Source: a candidate division FCPU426 bacterium (lineage in GTDB: Bacteria; Oederibacteriota; JAJYGY01; DAIDJD01). Taken from it: a stretch of DNA of 53,374 nucleotides. Location: assembly GCA_027451505.1 (NCBI GenBank), contig DAIDJD010000143.1, positions 1-53,374 of the forward strand, read 5' to 3'. Shown piece by piece: positions 21,065-31,501 of this stretch. The translations under genes and the position numbers were made by a program. Numbering within the stretch: position 1 is the stretch's first letter; each line of letters starts with the position of its first letter. The notes beneath the pieces were generated by a model, which was not told the DNA's origin, did not search any database, and saw only the letters and a list, made by a program, of their open reading frames with translations.

Positions 21065-21406
21065 ATGGCAGGGTATCGGATCAAGGAATACCTACTCAAT
21101 GGCGAGAGCCCCTTCAGGCAATGGCTTGATGCGCTGGACAAGCCTGTTCGTATTCGGATCCAGGCCAGGATTCAACGATTCGAAGTGGGCAACCTGGGCA
21201 AAGGGCGACACTTTGCTTCTGGTCTCTGCGAAGCGATCCTGGATTTTGGACCTGGCTATCGGCTCTATTACGGTCTGCATGGGGACACTCTGGTTGTCCT
21301 CCTCTGCGGTGGTTCCAAGTCGGGACAACAGAGCGACATAGCCCGAGCAATGCAATACTGGGAAGACTACCTACAGGAGAAGGGCCATGCCCAAAAAGAG
21401 TGTTGA
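21065..21406 (+). CDS. Type II TA toxin, RelE/ParE superfamily (HigB-like addiction module killer protein)
   Basis: GESPFRQWLDAL...RIQRFEVGNLG...DFGPGYRLYY...LLCGGSKSGQQSDIARA; toxin-first arrangement. Confidence 0.92.
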   Translation: MAGYRIKEYLLNGESPFRQWLDALDKPVRIRIQARIQRFEVGNLGKGRHFASGLCEAILDFGPGYRLYYGLHGDTLVVLLCGGSKSGQQSDIARAMQYWEDYLQEKGHAQKEC

Positions 21407-21722
21407 TTGGAATGAGGGGCTGCTGGAGGACCTCAAGGACCCTGAATTCGCCAAGGGTTTTGTCCACGCTTGCCTGGAGGAGGGAATCCCCCTGAAGGTA
21501 GCCGTGGGCAAAGTTGTGAAGGCGCAGGGTTATTCTGCTGTAGCTCGCAGAATCCACATGGCGGTTCCAAATGTCATAAGGGCGGCTCAACCCAAGTCCA
21601 ACCCCACCCTTGAGACATTTGAAAAATTGATGGCTGGGGTAGGCTTGAAATTTGCCGCAGACTCTATTGGCGTCACCGGAGTCAAACGCAACGGTTCCCG
21701 CAGGTTGGCGAAAGCAATTTAA
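21387..21722 (+). CDS. Type II TA antitoxin (HTH, addiction module antidote)
   Basis: LKDPEFA...AVGKVVKAQGYSAVARR...NPTLETFEKLMAGVGLKF; overlaps the toxin by 20 nt. Confidence 0.88.
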   Translation: MPKKSVDWNEGLLEDLKDPEFAKGFVHACLEEGIPLKVAVGKVVKAQGYSAVARRIHMAVPNVIRAAQPKSNPTLETFEKLMAGVGLKFAADSIGVTGVKRNGSRRLAKAI

Positions 21723-21871
21723 ACGGGAGCCCCCTGAGGCTTGAGAACCTCCTCCCGCAGGATGTGGTCACAAACTTCCTTGGGTGTGCTTCCCCTGGCG
21801 TAGAGTCGGCGTGGGGGCTGGGCCGCGACGTTGTGGGAGAAGCCGACATTACGGCCGGGGGAAATGGGCGC

Positions 21872-22306
21872 TCACCAAGGCAGGGGCCGGTCGCGGATCG
21901 GGGCAGCGTCTTTGGGGATGTCCTTGAGGCGGGCCCCTCCGGCGCGTATGCAGATCCATTTCAGGGGCACCGGGCTCGTGGGCGCGCAGCGCCAAGTGCG
22001 CAGCACACCCTGGCCCACCCGCACTGCGGTGCCGGCCTTGACCGGAACGACCCGGTCGTCCAGACCCATCTCGCCCTCGCCCTCCAGGAACAAATAGAGC
22101 TCCTCCAGGACGGAATGGGAGTGCCAATAGTCGACGCCCTCGCCCGGGACGCGCGAATTGAGCGAGACCCCGAAGTATCCCAGGTCCATCTCGCGGTCCA
22201 CGAATTTTCGGCCCGGAGCCAGCGTTTGGGGGGAGTACCCGCCGAAGAAGGCGCCCCAGGACTCCATAGGCCCGAATTCCACAACTTGGTAATCCGATTC
22301 CGCCAT
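21872..22306 (-). CDS. Cupin domain protein
   Basis: WHSHSVLEELYLFLEGEGEMGLD...VPVKAGTAVRV. Confidence 0.88.
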   Translation of the reverse strand: MAESDYQVVEFGPMESWGAFFGGYSPQTLAPGRKFVDREMDLGYFGVSLNSRVPGEGVDYWHSHSVLEELYLFLEGEGEMGLDDRVVPVKAGTAVRVGQGVLRTWRCAPTSPVPLKWICIRAGGARLKDIPKDAAPIRDRPLPW

Positions 22307-22392
22307 CCTCGCCTCCTGGAAGGGTCTTGGGGCGGCGTCCCGCCTGCACGCCTAAGCTGGCCCGTCGGCCCGGCCCAGGCTATCATAGCCCC

Positions 22393-22680
22393 ATGCCCAC
22401 CCCCACGCGGAAGATCCCCGGCGGGACGGTCCATCCCCTGCCGCCGGACCTGCGCTCCATGCTCCGGGCCGACGCCGCGGCGCGCGCGGCCTGGGACGAC
22501 GTCACGCCCCTGGCCCGCAACGAGTGGATCTGCTGGATCACGTTCTTCAAGAAACCCGAGACCCGGGTGGAGCACCTACGCCGGGCCCGGGAACAGCTCA
22601 AGGCGGGAAAGCGCCGGCCCTGCTGCTGGCCGGGCTGTCCGCACCGGGAGCGCGGCTCCGGGAGCCGCGGGCGGCCCTGA
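22393..22680 (+). CDS. Short YdeI/OmpD-associated (OmdA) family protein
   Basis: LPPDLRSML...AWDDVTPLARNEWICWI...KKPETR; C-terminal RPCCWPGCPHR. Confidence 0.85.
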   Translation: MPTPTRKIPGGTVHPLPPDLRSMLRADAAARAAWDDVTPLARNEWICWITFFKKPETRVEHLRRAREQLKAGKRRPCCWPGCPHRERGSGSRGRP

Positions 22681-22768
22681 CCCGCGCGGGCCTCCCGCAT
22701 CGTTCCAGGAATGACGATCCGTCCCCAACGGCGTCCCCCGCGCCGAAACCACCCCTCCGGGAAGCGCC

Positions 22769-23467
22769 ATGCTCACCCTCAGACCGGGCACCCAACGCGG
22801 CCGGGCCGATCACGGCTGGCTCCTGTCCCTGCACACCTTTTCCTTCGCGCAATACCACGACCCGGCGCACATGGGCTTCCGCTGCCTGCGCGTGATCAAC
22901 GAGGACCGGGTCCAGGGAGGCCACGGCTTCGACCTGCATCCCCACCAGGACGTGGAAGTCCTCACCTACGTGCTTGAGGGCGCCCTGGAGCACCAGGACA
23001 GCCTGGGGCGGCGCGCCACGATCCGCGCGGGGGAGGCTCAGCTCATCAGCGCCGGGACCGGGATCGCGCACAGCGAGGTCAACGCCTCACCGACGGAGGA
23101 GACCCACTTCCTGCAGATCTGGATCCTCCCCTCCCGGCGTGGGGGCGAACCCGCGTACCACCAAGCCACGCTGACGGAATCCGCCTTGCGCAACCGCCTG
23201 GCTCCGGTCGCCTCGGGCGACGGCCGGGAGGGCTCCCTACCTTTGCTCCAGGACGCCGTGGTGGAGGCCTGCCGCCTGGACGCGGGGGCCCGGGTGGGGC
23301 GCACCTTGCTGCCCGGGCGCCACGCTTGGGTGCAGGTGGCGCGGGGAAAGCTGGAACTCCAGGGCCAGCGGCTCGTCCAGGGGGATGGGGCCGCGCTCAG
23401 CGGGGAGCGCTCCCTGGATATTCGGGCGGCCGGCGCCTGCGAATTCCTCCTGTTCGACCTTCCCTGA
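22769..23467 (+). CDS. Pirin family protein (YhhW-like)
   Basis: HGWLLSLHTFSF, LRVINED, HPHQDVE, AGTGIAHSE, FLQIWI. Confidence 0.95.
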   Translation: MLTLRPGTQRGRADHGWLLSLHTFSFAQYHDPAHMGFRCLRVINEDRVQGGHGFDLHPHQDVEVLTYVLEGALEHQDSLGRRATIRAGEAQLISAGTGIAHSEVNASPTEETHFLQIWILPSRRGGEPAYHQATLTESALRNRLAPVASGDGREGSLPLLQDAVVEACRLDAGARVGRTLLPGRHAWVQVARGKLELQGQRLVQGDGAALSGERSLDIRAAGACEFLLFDLP

Positions 23468-23479
23468 GGCCACCCCGGC

Positions 23480-23983
23480 CTAACGCCCCCCATCGCGCAG
23501 GGGCGCCGGCAATTGCTCCAGGGCCGCGGGGGTCCAGACGGCCCCGGCCGAGGCGGGCCTGAGGCGAGCCAGCAGACGCAAAGCCTCCCCCCGCTCCAAC
23601 TGCGCGGAGCAGTACGCGCGGCCCTCGAACTGCAGCTCGACCTCGTAGGTGCCGGCGGGGTTCTTGGGCGGGCGGCAGTCCACCCCCCGGATCCCGTCCC
23701 AGGCCACGAAGCGGTAGCGGAAGGCCCCCAAAGACAGGTACCGCAGCCCAGCCGGCTCCAGCCGGAACCTGGGCCTCGCGGTGGAGGCGGCCAAGGCCAA
23801 AAAAACCGCCGCCAGCCCCAGGCTGGCCACCAGGTCCATGCCGTAGTCCTGGGGGCCGGCCTTGGCCATGCGATGGACGTCCAGGCCGCACTCCACGATC
23901 TGGGTGAGCATGAGGAACCCCCAGACCCAAGGGGAACGCAGAATCCCGCGTTCGCGGAAGTCGTTGGGCGAGGCTTCCTTCAC
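23480..23983 (-). CDS. Hypothetical membrane protein (2 TM plus a small beta-rich domain)
   Basis: The GTG start overlaps the upstream gene's stop (GTGA); two hydrophobic segments followed by FRLEPAGLRY...VAWDGI. Confidence 0.6.
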   Translation of the reverse strand: MKEASPNDFRERGILRSPWVWGFLMLTQIVECGLDVHRMAKAGPQDYGMDLVASLGLAAVFLALAASTARPRFRLEPAGLRYLSLGAFRYRFVAWDGIRGVDCRPPKNPAGTYEVELQFEGRAYCSAQLERGEALRLLARLRPASAGAVWTPAALEQLPAPLRDGGR

Positions 23984-24594
23984 GATTCCCCCTTGGTTCG
24001 GGCCGTCGGCCCGTGGAAGGCGCGGCGCTCCTGGAGCATGGCCAGAATGGCGGCCTGGCGCCGGGCCAGGGTTTCGGGTTTCTTGGCCGTGGCCAAGCGG
24101 TAGGCGATGGCGTAGCGGTTGGCCTTGTCCAGGCCCTCGAAAAAGGCTTGGGCGCCCTTGTGGCGGGCGAGGGCCTTGAGAAAGCCCTCGGGCAGCGCCG
24201 CGTCGGAGCGCGAGGGCGGGGCATAGGCCTGGGCCCAGCGCCCGTTGGCCTTGGCCTCGGCCACCCGCGCCAGGCCCGCGGGCCGCATGCGCCCTTCCCG
24301 GGCCAGCCGCTCCACGTGCCCGACATTGACTTGGGACCAGAGGCTGCCCGCGCGGCGGGGGGTGAAGCGCCTGAGCCAGGACCGGGCATCGCCCTTGCGC
24401 AGGGGGCCGTCGATCCACCCGTAGCACAGGGCGCCGTCCAAGGCCTGCGCGTAGCTCATGGAAGCCACGCCCGATGCCTTCTTGTACAGCCGCACCCATA
24501 GGCCCGGATGGGAGGCGTGGTGGGACTCCAGCCAGGCCTCCCAGTCCTTCGCCGAGGGGAAGGCGCGGATCTCGCCGGGGACCGGGGCCGTCAT
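23980..24594 (-). CDS. YdeI/OmpD-associated family protein
   Basis: WEAWLESHH, ALCYGWIDG, FTPRRAGSLWSQVN, AKKPET. Confidence 0.93.
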   Translation of the reverse strand: MTAPVPGEIRAFPSAKDWEAWLESHHASHPGLWVRLYKKASGVASMSYAQALDGALCYGWIDGPLRKGDARSWLRRFTPRRAGSLWSQVNVGHVERLAREGRMRPAGLARVAEAKANGRWAQAYAPPSRSDAALPEGFLKALARHKGAQAFFEGLDKANRYAIAYRLATAKKPETLARRQAAILAMLQERRAFHGPTARTKGES

Positions 24595-25133
24595 TCCGCT
24601 CCCTGGAGCAGGGCCGCCAGGGCCTCGACCGTGCGCAGGTTGCGCAGCGTGCACACCGTCTTGAGCCGGGAGTCGAAGTAGGCGTTGGTGAGTTTGGTGC
24701 CGGCCACCCCGTGCGGCAGGAGCAGGTGCACTTCGCGTCCCAGCACCCGGACCTCCTCGCCCGGGGCGCGGGGCGCCTGCCGCACTGCCGCGTCCGCGGC
24801 GGCCTTGGCCGGCGCTTCCTTGAGGAAACCGATGTGGCGGTGGGCGGGATCGGCCCCCGGAAAGGGCCGGGCGGCCAGGGCCTCCCCCCATTCCCGCGCG
24901 GAACGCTGGACCACCGGCGCTTCGAACCCGAAGCGCCCGCGCAGGGCCGCTTCCAACCGCGCCGGCAGGTCCTTGGCCAGGGCGGCGGGGGCCTCGTAGA
25001 CGGCGTTGCCGCTTTGGATGTGGGTCACCACGCCGCCGCAGCCGAGCCCGGCCATGACCTCCTTCAGCTCGGCCATGGGCATCCGATGGGCGCCCCCGAC
25101 GTTGACGCCGCGCAGCAGGACCAGGAAACGCAT
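24591..25133 (-). CDS. DUF1697 domain protein
   Basis: LLRGVNVGG...MAELK...THIQSGN; C-terminal TLRNLRTV. Confidence 0.92.
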   Translation of the reverse strand: MRFLVLLRGVNVGGAHRMPMAELKEVMAGLGCGGVVTHIQSGNAVYEAPAALAKDLPARLEAALRGRFGFEAPVVQRSAREWGEALAARPFPGADPAHRHIGFLKEAPAKAAADAAVRQAPRAPGEEVRVLGREVHLLLPHGVAGTKLTNAYFDSRLKTVCTLRNLRTVEALAALLQGAE

Positions 25134-25159
25134 GGGTCGCTCCGGCCGGGACGGGCCCC

Positions 25160-26691
<1,532 letters not shown>

Positions 26692-26792
26692 CCTAGGCCC
26701 GGGCGGGGCCCCCCAAAGGCGTCACAGTCCGGGCCCGCGGCGCGTATCGTAGGGAAGGGGCAGGCCGCCCCGCCGGGACACAAGGGGGAGCC

Positions 26793-27116
26793 ATGAAGGC
26801 GCTGGGACTGGTCGGGCTTTTGGTCGTGCTCGGGATCGCGGGATGGATCATGGTGGGGCAGGGAGGCCCTTCCGCCGCGTTGGGCGGCGGGGAGCTGGCC
26901 GAGGCCTCGCGGGCCCAGGCCATGGAACAGAGCGCCCGCAACGCCGTGGCGGAGGCGGACCTGGCGAATTTGAAAACGGCGGTGTCCGCGTTCCAAGCGG
27001 CCCAGGGGCGCCTGCCCGGGAGCCTCGACGAACTCAAGGACGGGGGCTACATCCAGTCCGTGCCCGCAGGGGTTCGCTACGACCCCGCCACCGGGGCCGT
27101 GACCGCGGTGCCTTGA
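26793..27116 (+). CDS. Small membrane-anchored protein with a pilin/pseudopilin-like helix
   Basis: N-terminal TM; LANLKTAVSAFQAAQGRLPGSLDELKDGGYIQSVP resembles the GspG-type alpha1 region; GGGGAG RBS. Confidence 0.65.
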   Translation: MKALGLVGLLVVLGIAGWIMVGQGGPSAALGGGELAEASRAQAMEQSARNAVAEADLANLKTAVSAFQAAQGRLPGSLDELKDGGYIQSVPAGVRYDPATGAVTAVP

Positions 27117-27121
27117 AGGCC

Positions 27122-27562
27122 TCAGCCCAGGAGGCCCAGGAGCCGGCGCAGGCCCTCCTGGGCCAGGGAGGCCATGCGCACGCCGGCCACGGGCTCGCCG
27201 GCGGATTCCCCGGTCCACACCACCTCGCCCAGCAGCTTCACCACCCGCCTATCCCCGGGAAGGTGCACGTCCAGGCACAGGCCCTTGCCCGTGGAGACCC
27301 CCTCCAGGCCTTGCACTTTCAGGCGCAGCCCCGAGGCCGAAACGTCGCGGCTCTCCAGGCGCGTGAGCCCGTGGCGCGGCCGGCTCAGGGAAAGGGCCTC
27401 GTCGTCGAGCTCGGCGAAACCCTGGCCCGCCATCAGCGCGTGGCGTTCCTCGGGGCGCACCAAACGCGCGTCCACGCGCAGGCGCGCCGCGGTGCGCGGG
27501 GTGATCCTTTTTTCGCCGGATTCGGGGACGGTGGGGCGCGGTTCGGGATGGTCCTGGGTCAC
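27122..27562 (-). CDS. PilZ domain protein
   Basis: EKRITPR (RxxxR) and DVSASG (DxSxxG); LGEVVW. Confidence 0.85.
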   Translation of the reverse strand: MTQDHPEPRPTVPESGEKRITPRTAARLRVDARLVRPEERHALMAGQGFAELDDEALSLSRPRHGLTRLESRDVSASGLRLKVQGLEGVSTGKGLCLDVHLPGDRRVVKLLGEVVWTGESAGEPVAGVRMASLAQEGLRRLLGLLG

Positions 27563-27576
27563 GTAGCTTCCGGACC

Positions 27577-28017
27577 TCAGGCGGGGACGGCTTCGCGGTC
27601 CCGGGGCAGCAGGGCCAGATAGCTCTTGAGGCGTTTGAGTCCGTCCTCGTCCATGGCGGCGAAACGCAGTCCGCAGGAATGGGGCCGGGTCTCGTCGGCG
27701 GCGGGTTGGGACCACACCACCTCGGCCAGGGCCTTGAGCGCCACGCGTTCGTCCAAAAGATGCAGGTCCAGGGCCGCCACCTCCCCTTCCTTCATGGGCA
27801 GGGGTCCTTCCAGGCACAGGCCGCCGGGACTGAGATTCTTGATGCGTGCCGGCAGCATGCCTTGGCGGGGCCGGCTCAGGGCCAAGCTGGCGTAGGCCAG
27901 TTCGCTGTAGCCGTGGCCGTCGAGGATGTCCTTGATCTCGGCGGAGGAAAGGGGCTTGCAGTCCACCCGCATGCGTACCGGAATGCGGTTGGAACTTCTC
28001 TGCTCCGTGAACACCAT
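27577..28017 (-). CDS. PilZ domain protein
   Basis: EQRSSNR (RxxxR), NLSPGG, AEVVW, GLRF. Confidence 0.9.
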   Translation of the reverse strand: MVFTEQRSSNRIPVRMRVDCKPLSSAEIKDILDGHGYSELAYASLALSRPRQGMLPARIKNLSPGGLCLEGPLPMKEGEVAALDLHLLDERVALKALAEVVWSQPAADETRPHSCGLRFAAMDEDGLKRLKSYLALLPRDREAVPA

Positions 28018-28303
28018 GTCAGCCTCGTTTCAGTGTGCGCGATTTCCATAGTCTATCAAAGAACCTCACACATGGAGGAGAAAATTGGTTAAATTCAATC
28101 GATTAAACCAGGTTAAATCAGATACTTTCCTACAACTAATGCATTAACCATTAGACAATTTCTTCAAAGCCATTAGGAGGCTGTTTTTAAGGTAAATTTT
28201 TCGTTACGGACCCCGAACCCCCCTGCGCCCCGCTTTTTCTTGGCGCGGGCCAATCCTCTGCGCTAAGGTGTCCGGACCCACTTAGCCCCAACTCAAGGCC
28301 GCC

Positions 28304-30019
28304 ATGAACGCCCGCCCGTGGACCCGGTTCTACGCCCCCAACACCCCCCACGAACTGCCGCCCCTACCCGAGGACCACCTGGCGCGCTTCCTGCGGGCCC
28401 ACGCAAGCCTGCACAGCCATAGGCCGGCCTTCACCACCGTGCTACCGGGAGGCCAATCCGGCACCCTCAGCTTCGGACGGCTCGACGAGCTCAGCGATGC
28501 CTTCGCCGCGCACCTGCGCGAGGACCTGGGGCTCAAACCCGGCGAGCGGGTGGCCCTGCAGCTGCCCAACTGCCTGGCCTACCCCATCGCCGCCTTCGGC
28601 GTGCTCAAGGCCGGGTTGGTGCTGGTCAACACCAACCCGCTCTACACCCCCGCGGAGATGGCCTACCAACTCAAGGACAGCGGTGCCGCGGCCCTGGTGA
28701 TCCTGGACCTCTTCGCCGACAAGCTGGAGGCCGGACTGGCCGGGACCGGGGTGCGCCACGTGGTGCGGGCCTCGCTGGCCGAGGGCTTCGGGACGCTCCA
28801 GGGGGCCTTGGTGCGCTTCGTGCTCGAGCGCATGCAGCGCCGCGTGCCGCGCCAGGCCCGCGGCCTCGCGGACCTGCGCTCGGCCCTGGAGGCGGGACGC
28901 CGGCGCATCGCCTCGGGCGCCGACCCCATCGCCTACACCTCCGGATCGGGCCCGGACTCCCTGGCCTGCCTTCAGTACACCGGGGGGACCACCGGCGTGA
29001 GCAAGGGCACCATGCTCACCCACGGCAACCTGCTGAGCAACGTCGAGCAAACCTGGCTTTTCTGCCGCCACCGCATCGTGCCGGAGCAGGAGGTCGTGCT
29101 CGCCCCGCTGCCTCTGTACCACATCTTCGCCTTCACCGTGAACCTGCTGACGTTCTACCGCACCGGATCGCACGGCATCCTGGTGCCCAGCCCGCGGCCC
29201 CTGTCCAACCTGAAGGCCGCCTTCCGCGGGCGCCGGATCACGTGGATGTGCGGGGTGAACACCCTTTACGCCGGGCTGCTGGCCGAGCCCTGGTTCCGGG
29301 AGCGCCCGCCCGAAAGCCTCAAGTTCTCATTGGCCGGGGGCGCGGCCCTGCTGAGCGCGGTGGCCGAACGCTGGCGGGTGCTTCAGGGGAACCCCGTGAC
29401 CGAGGGCTACGGCCTCAGCGAAGCCTCCCCCGTCGTCTGCGTCAATCCCCTGGGCGGGGAGCGGGTGGGCTGCATCGGGGTGCCGCTGCCCGGCACCGAC
29501 GTGCGCCTGCTGCACGACGATGGGAGCGAGGCCCGCCAAGGCGAGGCCGGCGAGCTGTGCGTGCGCGGCCCCCAGGTCATGAAGGGCTACTGGAACCGGC
29601 CCGAGGACACGGCCCAGGTGCTCCGGGACGGCTGGCTGCGCACGGGGGACGTGGCCGTGATGGACGAGGACGGCTTCCTGCGCATCGTGGACCGGCTCAA
29701 GGACGTGGTGGTGGTCAGCGGCTTCAAGGTCTTCCCCAACGAGGTGGAGGACTGCCTGGCCAAGCTGCAGGGGGTGCGCCTCGCCGCGGTGGTGGGGGCC
29801 CCGGCCGGGGACCACGGCGAGCAGGTGGTGGCTTTCGTGGTGGGCGAACCGGGGTCCCGGCTGACCGAGGAGGCGGTGCGGGAGCACTGCCGCCTGAGCC
29901 TGACCGCCTACAAGGTGCCCAAACGGGTGGTGTTCAAGGACGACCTTCCCAAATCCAACATCGGCAAGATCCTGCGCAAGGACCTCAAGGCCGAGGCCGC
30001 CCGCGTGGTCGCGGCATGA
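28304..30019 (+). CDS. fadD: Long-chain fatty acid--CoA ligase
   Basis: LQYTGGTTGVSKG, LPLYHIFA, EGYGLSE, RGPQVMKGYW, TGD, LPKSNIGKILR. Confidence 0.93.
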   Translation: MNARPWTRFYAPNTPHELPPLPEDHLARFLRAHASLHSHRPAFTTVLPGGQSGTLSFGRLDELSDAFAAHLREDLGLKPGERVALQLPNCLAYPIAAFGVLKAGLVLVNTNPLYTPAEMAYQLKDSGAAALVILDLFADKLEAGLAGTGVRHVVRASLAEGFGTLQGALVRFVLERMQRRVPRQARGLADLRSALEAGRRRIASGADPIAYTSGSGPDSLACLQYTGGTTGVSKGTMLTHGNLLSNVEQTWLFCRHRIVPEQEVVLAPLPLYHIFAFTVNLLTFYRTGSHGILVPSPRPLSNLKAAFRGRRITWMCGVNTLYAGLLAEPWFRERPPESLKFSLAGGAALLSAVAERWRVLQGNPVTEGYGLSEASPVVCVNPLGGERVGCIGVPLPGTDVRLLHDDGSEARQGEAGELCVRGPQVMKGYWNRPEDTAQVLRDGWLRTGDVAVMDEDGFLRIVDRLKDVVVVSGFKVFPNEVEDCLAKLQGVRLAAVVGAPAGDHGEQVVAFVVGEPGSRLTEEAVREHCRLSLTAYKVPKRVVFKDDLPKSNIGKILRKDLKAEAARVVAA

Positions 30020-30786
30020 AGCTTTTCGTCCAGACCCTGGGCCAGGGCGGCACCCCCCTGGCCTGCCTGCACGGCTTTCTCGGATCCGGCGACAACCTCT
30101 GGCCCCTGGCCGACCACCTCAGGGCCAGCCACCGCTGCCTTCTGGTGGACCTGCGGGGCCACGGCCGCAGCCCCCACGGGGGGCCCTACACCCTCGAGGG
30201 AATGGCCGACGACGTGGCCGAAACGCTCGCCGACGCCGGGGTGGGTCCCACCGCGGTGCTCGGCCACAGCCTGGGCGGCAAGGTGGCCATGGCCCTGGCC
30301 CTGCGCCACCCCGGCCTGGTGGAACGCCTGGTCCTGGCCGACATCACCATGGCCAAGGTCCCCCCGGTCTTCACCGTGCTGTTGGAGGACATGGCCAAGG
30401 TCCCCCTGGCGGGCCTGGAGCGCCGGGAGCAGGCCGAACCCTACCTCCGCGACGCCGAGCCCCTGCTGGCGACCCGACGCTTTCTTCTGAAGAACTTGGT
30501 GGCGCTCCCGGAGGGGGGCTTCCGCTGGCGCCTGGACCTGGAGGGGCTCACCCGGGACCATCCCCGCATCCTCGACGCGGTGCCCGCGGAGGGTTCCCCG
30601 TACCCGGGCCCGACCCTGCTCATCCACGGGCGGGACAGCACCATCGTCACCCGGGAGGGGCTGGACCTGACCCGGCGTTCCTTCCCGCGCCTGGAGGTCC
30701 TCGACCTGCCGGGCGGGCACTGGATCCACGTCGACGCCAAGGACGCCTTCAACGCGGCCGTAGAGGCCTTCCTCGGCAAACCCTGA
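30016..30786 (+). CDS. Alpha/beta hydrolase (YbfF-like esterase)
   Basis: LHGFLGSGDN, DLRGHG, GHSLGG nucleophile elbow, GHWIH; ATGA coupling to fadD. Confidence 0.9.
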   Translation: MKLFVQTLGQGGTPLACLHGFLGSGDNLWPLADHLRASHRCLLVDLRGHGRSPHGGPYTLEGMADDVAETLADAGVGPTAVLGHSLGGKVAMALALRHPGLVERLVLADITMAKVPPVFTVLLEDMAKVPLAGLERREQAEPYLRDAEPLLATRRFLLKNLVALPEGGFRWRLDLEGLTRDHPRILDAVPAEGSPYPGPTLLIHGRDSTIVTREGLDLTRRSFPRLEVLDLPGGHWIHVDAKDAFNAAVEAFLGKP

Positions 30787-30817
30787 GCCCGCCTCGCGGG
30801 CGGGCCTTCCCGGGATT

Positions 30818-31501
30818 TCAGGCCCGCCCGAGTTCGGCGAGGTCGCGCGGCTCCAACACGGCCTTGGGGGATTGCCCCAGCGCCACCCGCACCATGGCCC
30901 GGCCCAGGGTGGGGCCGTCCAGCACCATGCCGGCCCCCAGGACGCGCTTGAGGACCGGCAGCAGAGGCCCCAGGACGGCGTAGCCCAGGCGGGTCGCCCA
31001 GGCCCGCGAGCGGAACCCCGGAGTCGGCACCAGCGCGGCCAGGCGCACCATGCCGTGGTGGGCGAAGGGCAGGGCCAGCAGGTCGTTCTCGGTGCGGCCC
31101 TTGACCCGGGCCCACATCACCCGGCCGGCGCCGCTGGAGTCGGTCCCGGTTCCGGAGACATAGCAGAAGGCCATGCCCGGGTTGAGCTTGAGCAGGGCCC
31201 GGGCCGCGGCCAGGGTCAGGTCATGGGTGTCGCGGGTGTACTCGGCCTCGCCCAGCCCCAGTGAGGAACGCCCCAGGCAGAAGAAGCAGGCGTCGATCCC
31301 GCCCAACACCCCGGCCGCGTCGGAATAGTCGAAAAAATCGGAGCGCAGATGCTCGGTGAGCTTGGGATGGCTCCGTCCGCAGCCCCTGCGTCCGACCACG
31401 AGCACGGAGGCCACGGCCGAGTCGGCGAGGCAATGCTCCAGCACGGCGTGCCCCACCATGCCGGTGGCGCCGAACAGGGCGACCCTCAACCCCCCCTTCA
31501 C
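30818..31501 (-). CDS. NAD(P)-binding atypical SDR/epimerase (CC3/TIP30-like)
   Basis: LFGATGMVG, ACFFCLG, FCYVSGTGTD, MWARVKGRTEN. Confidence 0.88.
   Translation of the reverse strand: MKGGLRVALFGATGMVGHAVLEHCLADSAVASVLVVGRRGCGRSHPKLTEHLRSDFFDYSDAAGVLGGIDACFFCLGRSSLGLGEAEYTRDTHDLTLAAARALLKLNPGMAFCYVSGTGTDSSGAGRVMWARVKGRTENDLLALPFAHHGMVRLAALVPTPGFRSRAWATRLGYAVLGPLLPVLKRVLGAGMVLDGPTLGRAMVRVALGQSPKAVLEPRDLAELGRA

Noticed and set aside
20429-21830. Integrative element or prophage at tRNA-Glu
   Set aside because: No integrase or phage genes and no duplicated tRNA 3' end were seen; the islet is on the tRNA 5' side.
28020-28200. Replication origin in the AT-rich gap
   Set aside because: No DnaA boxes (TTATCCACA) or origin-linked genes; better explained as a divergent promoter region.
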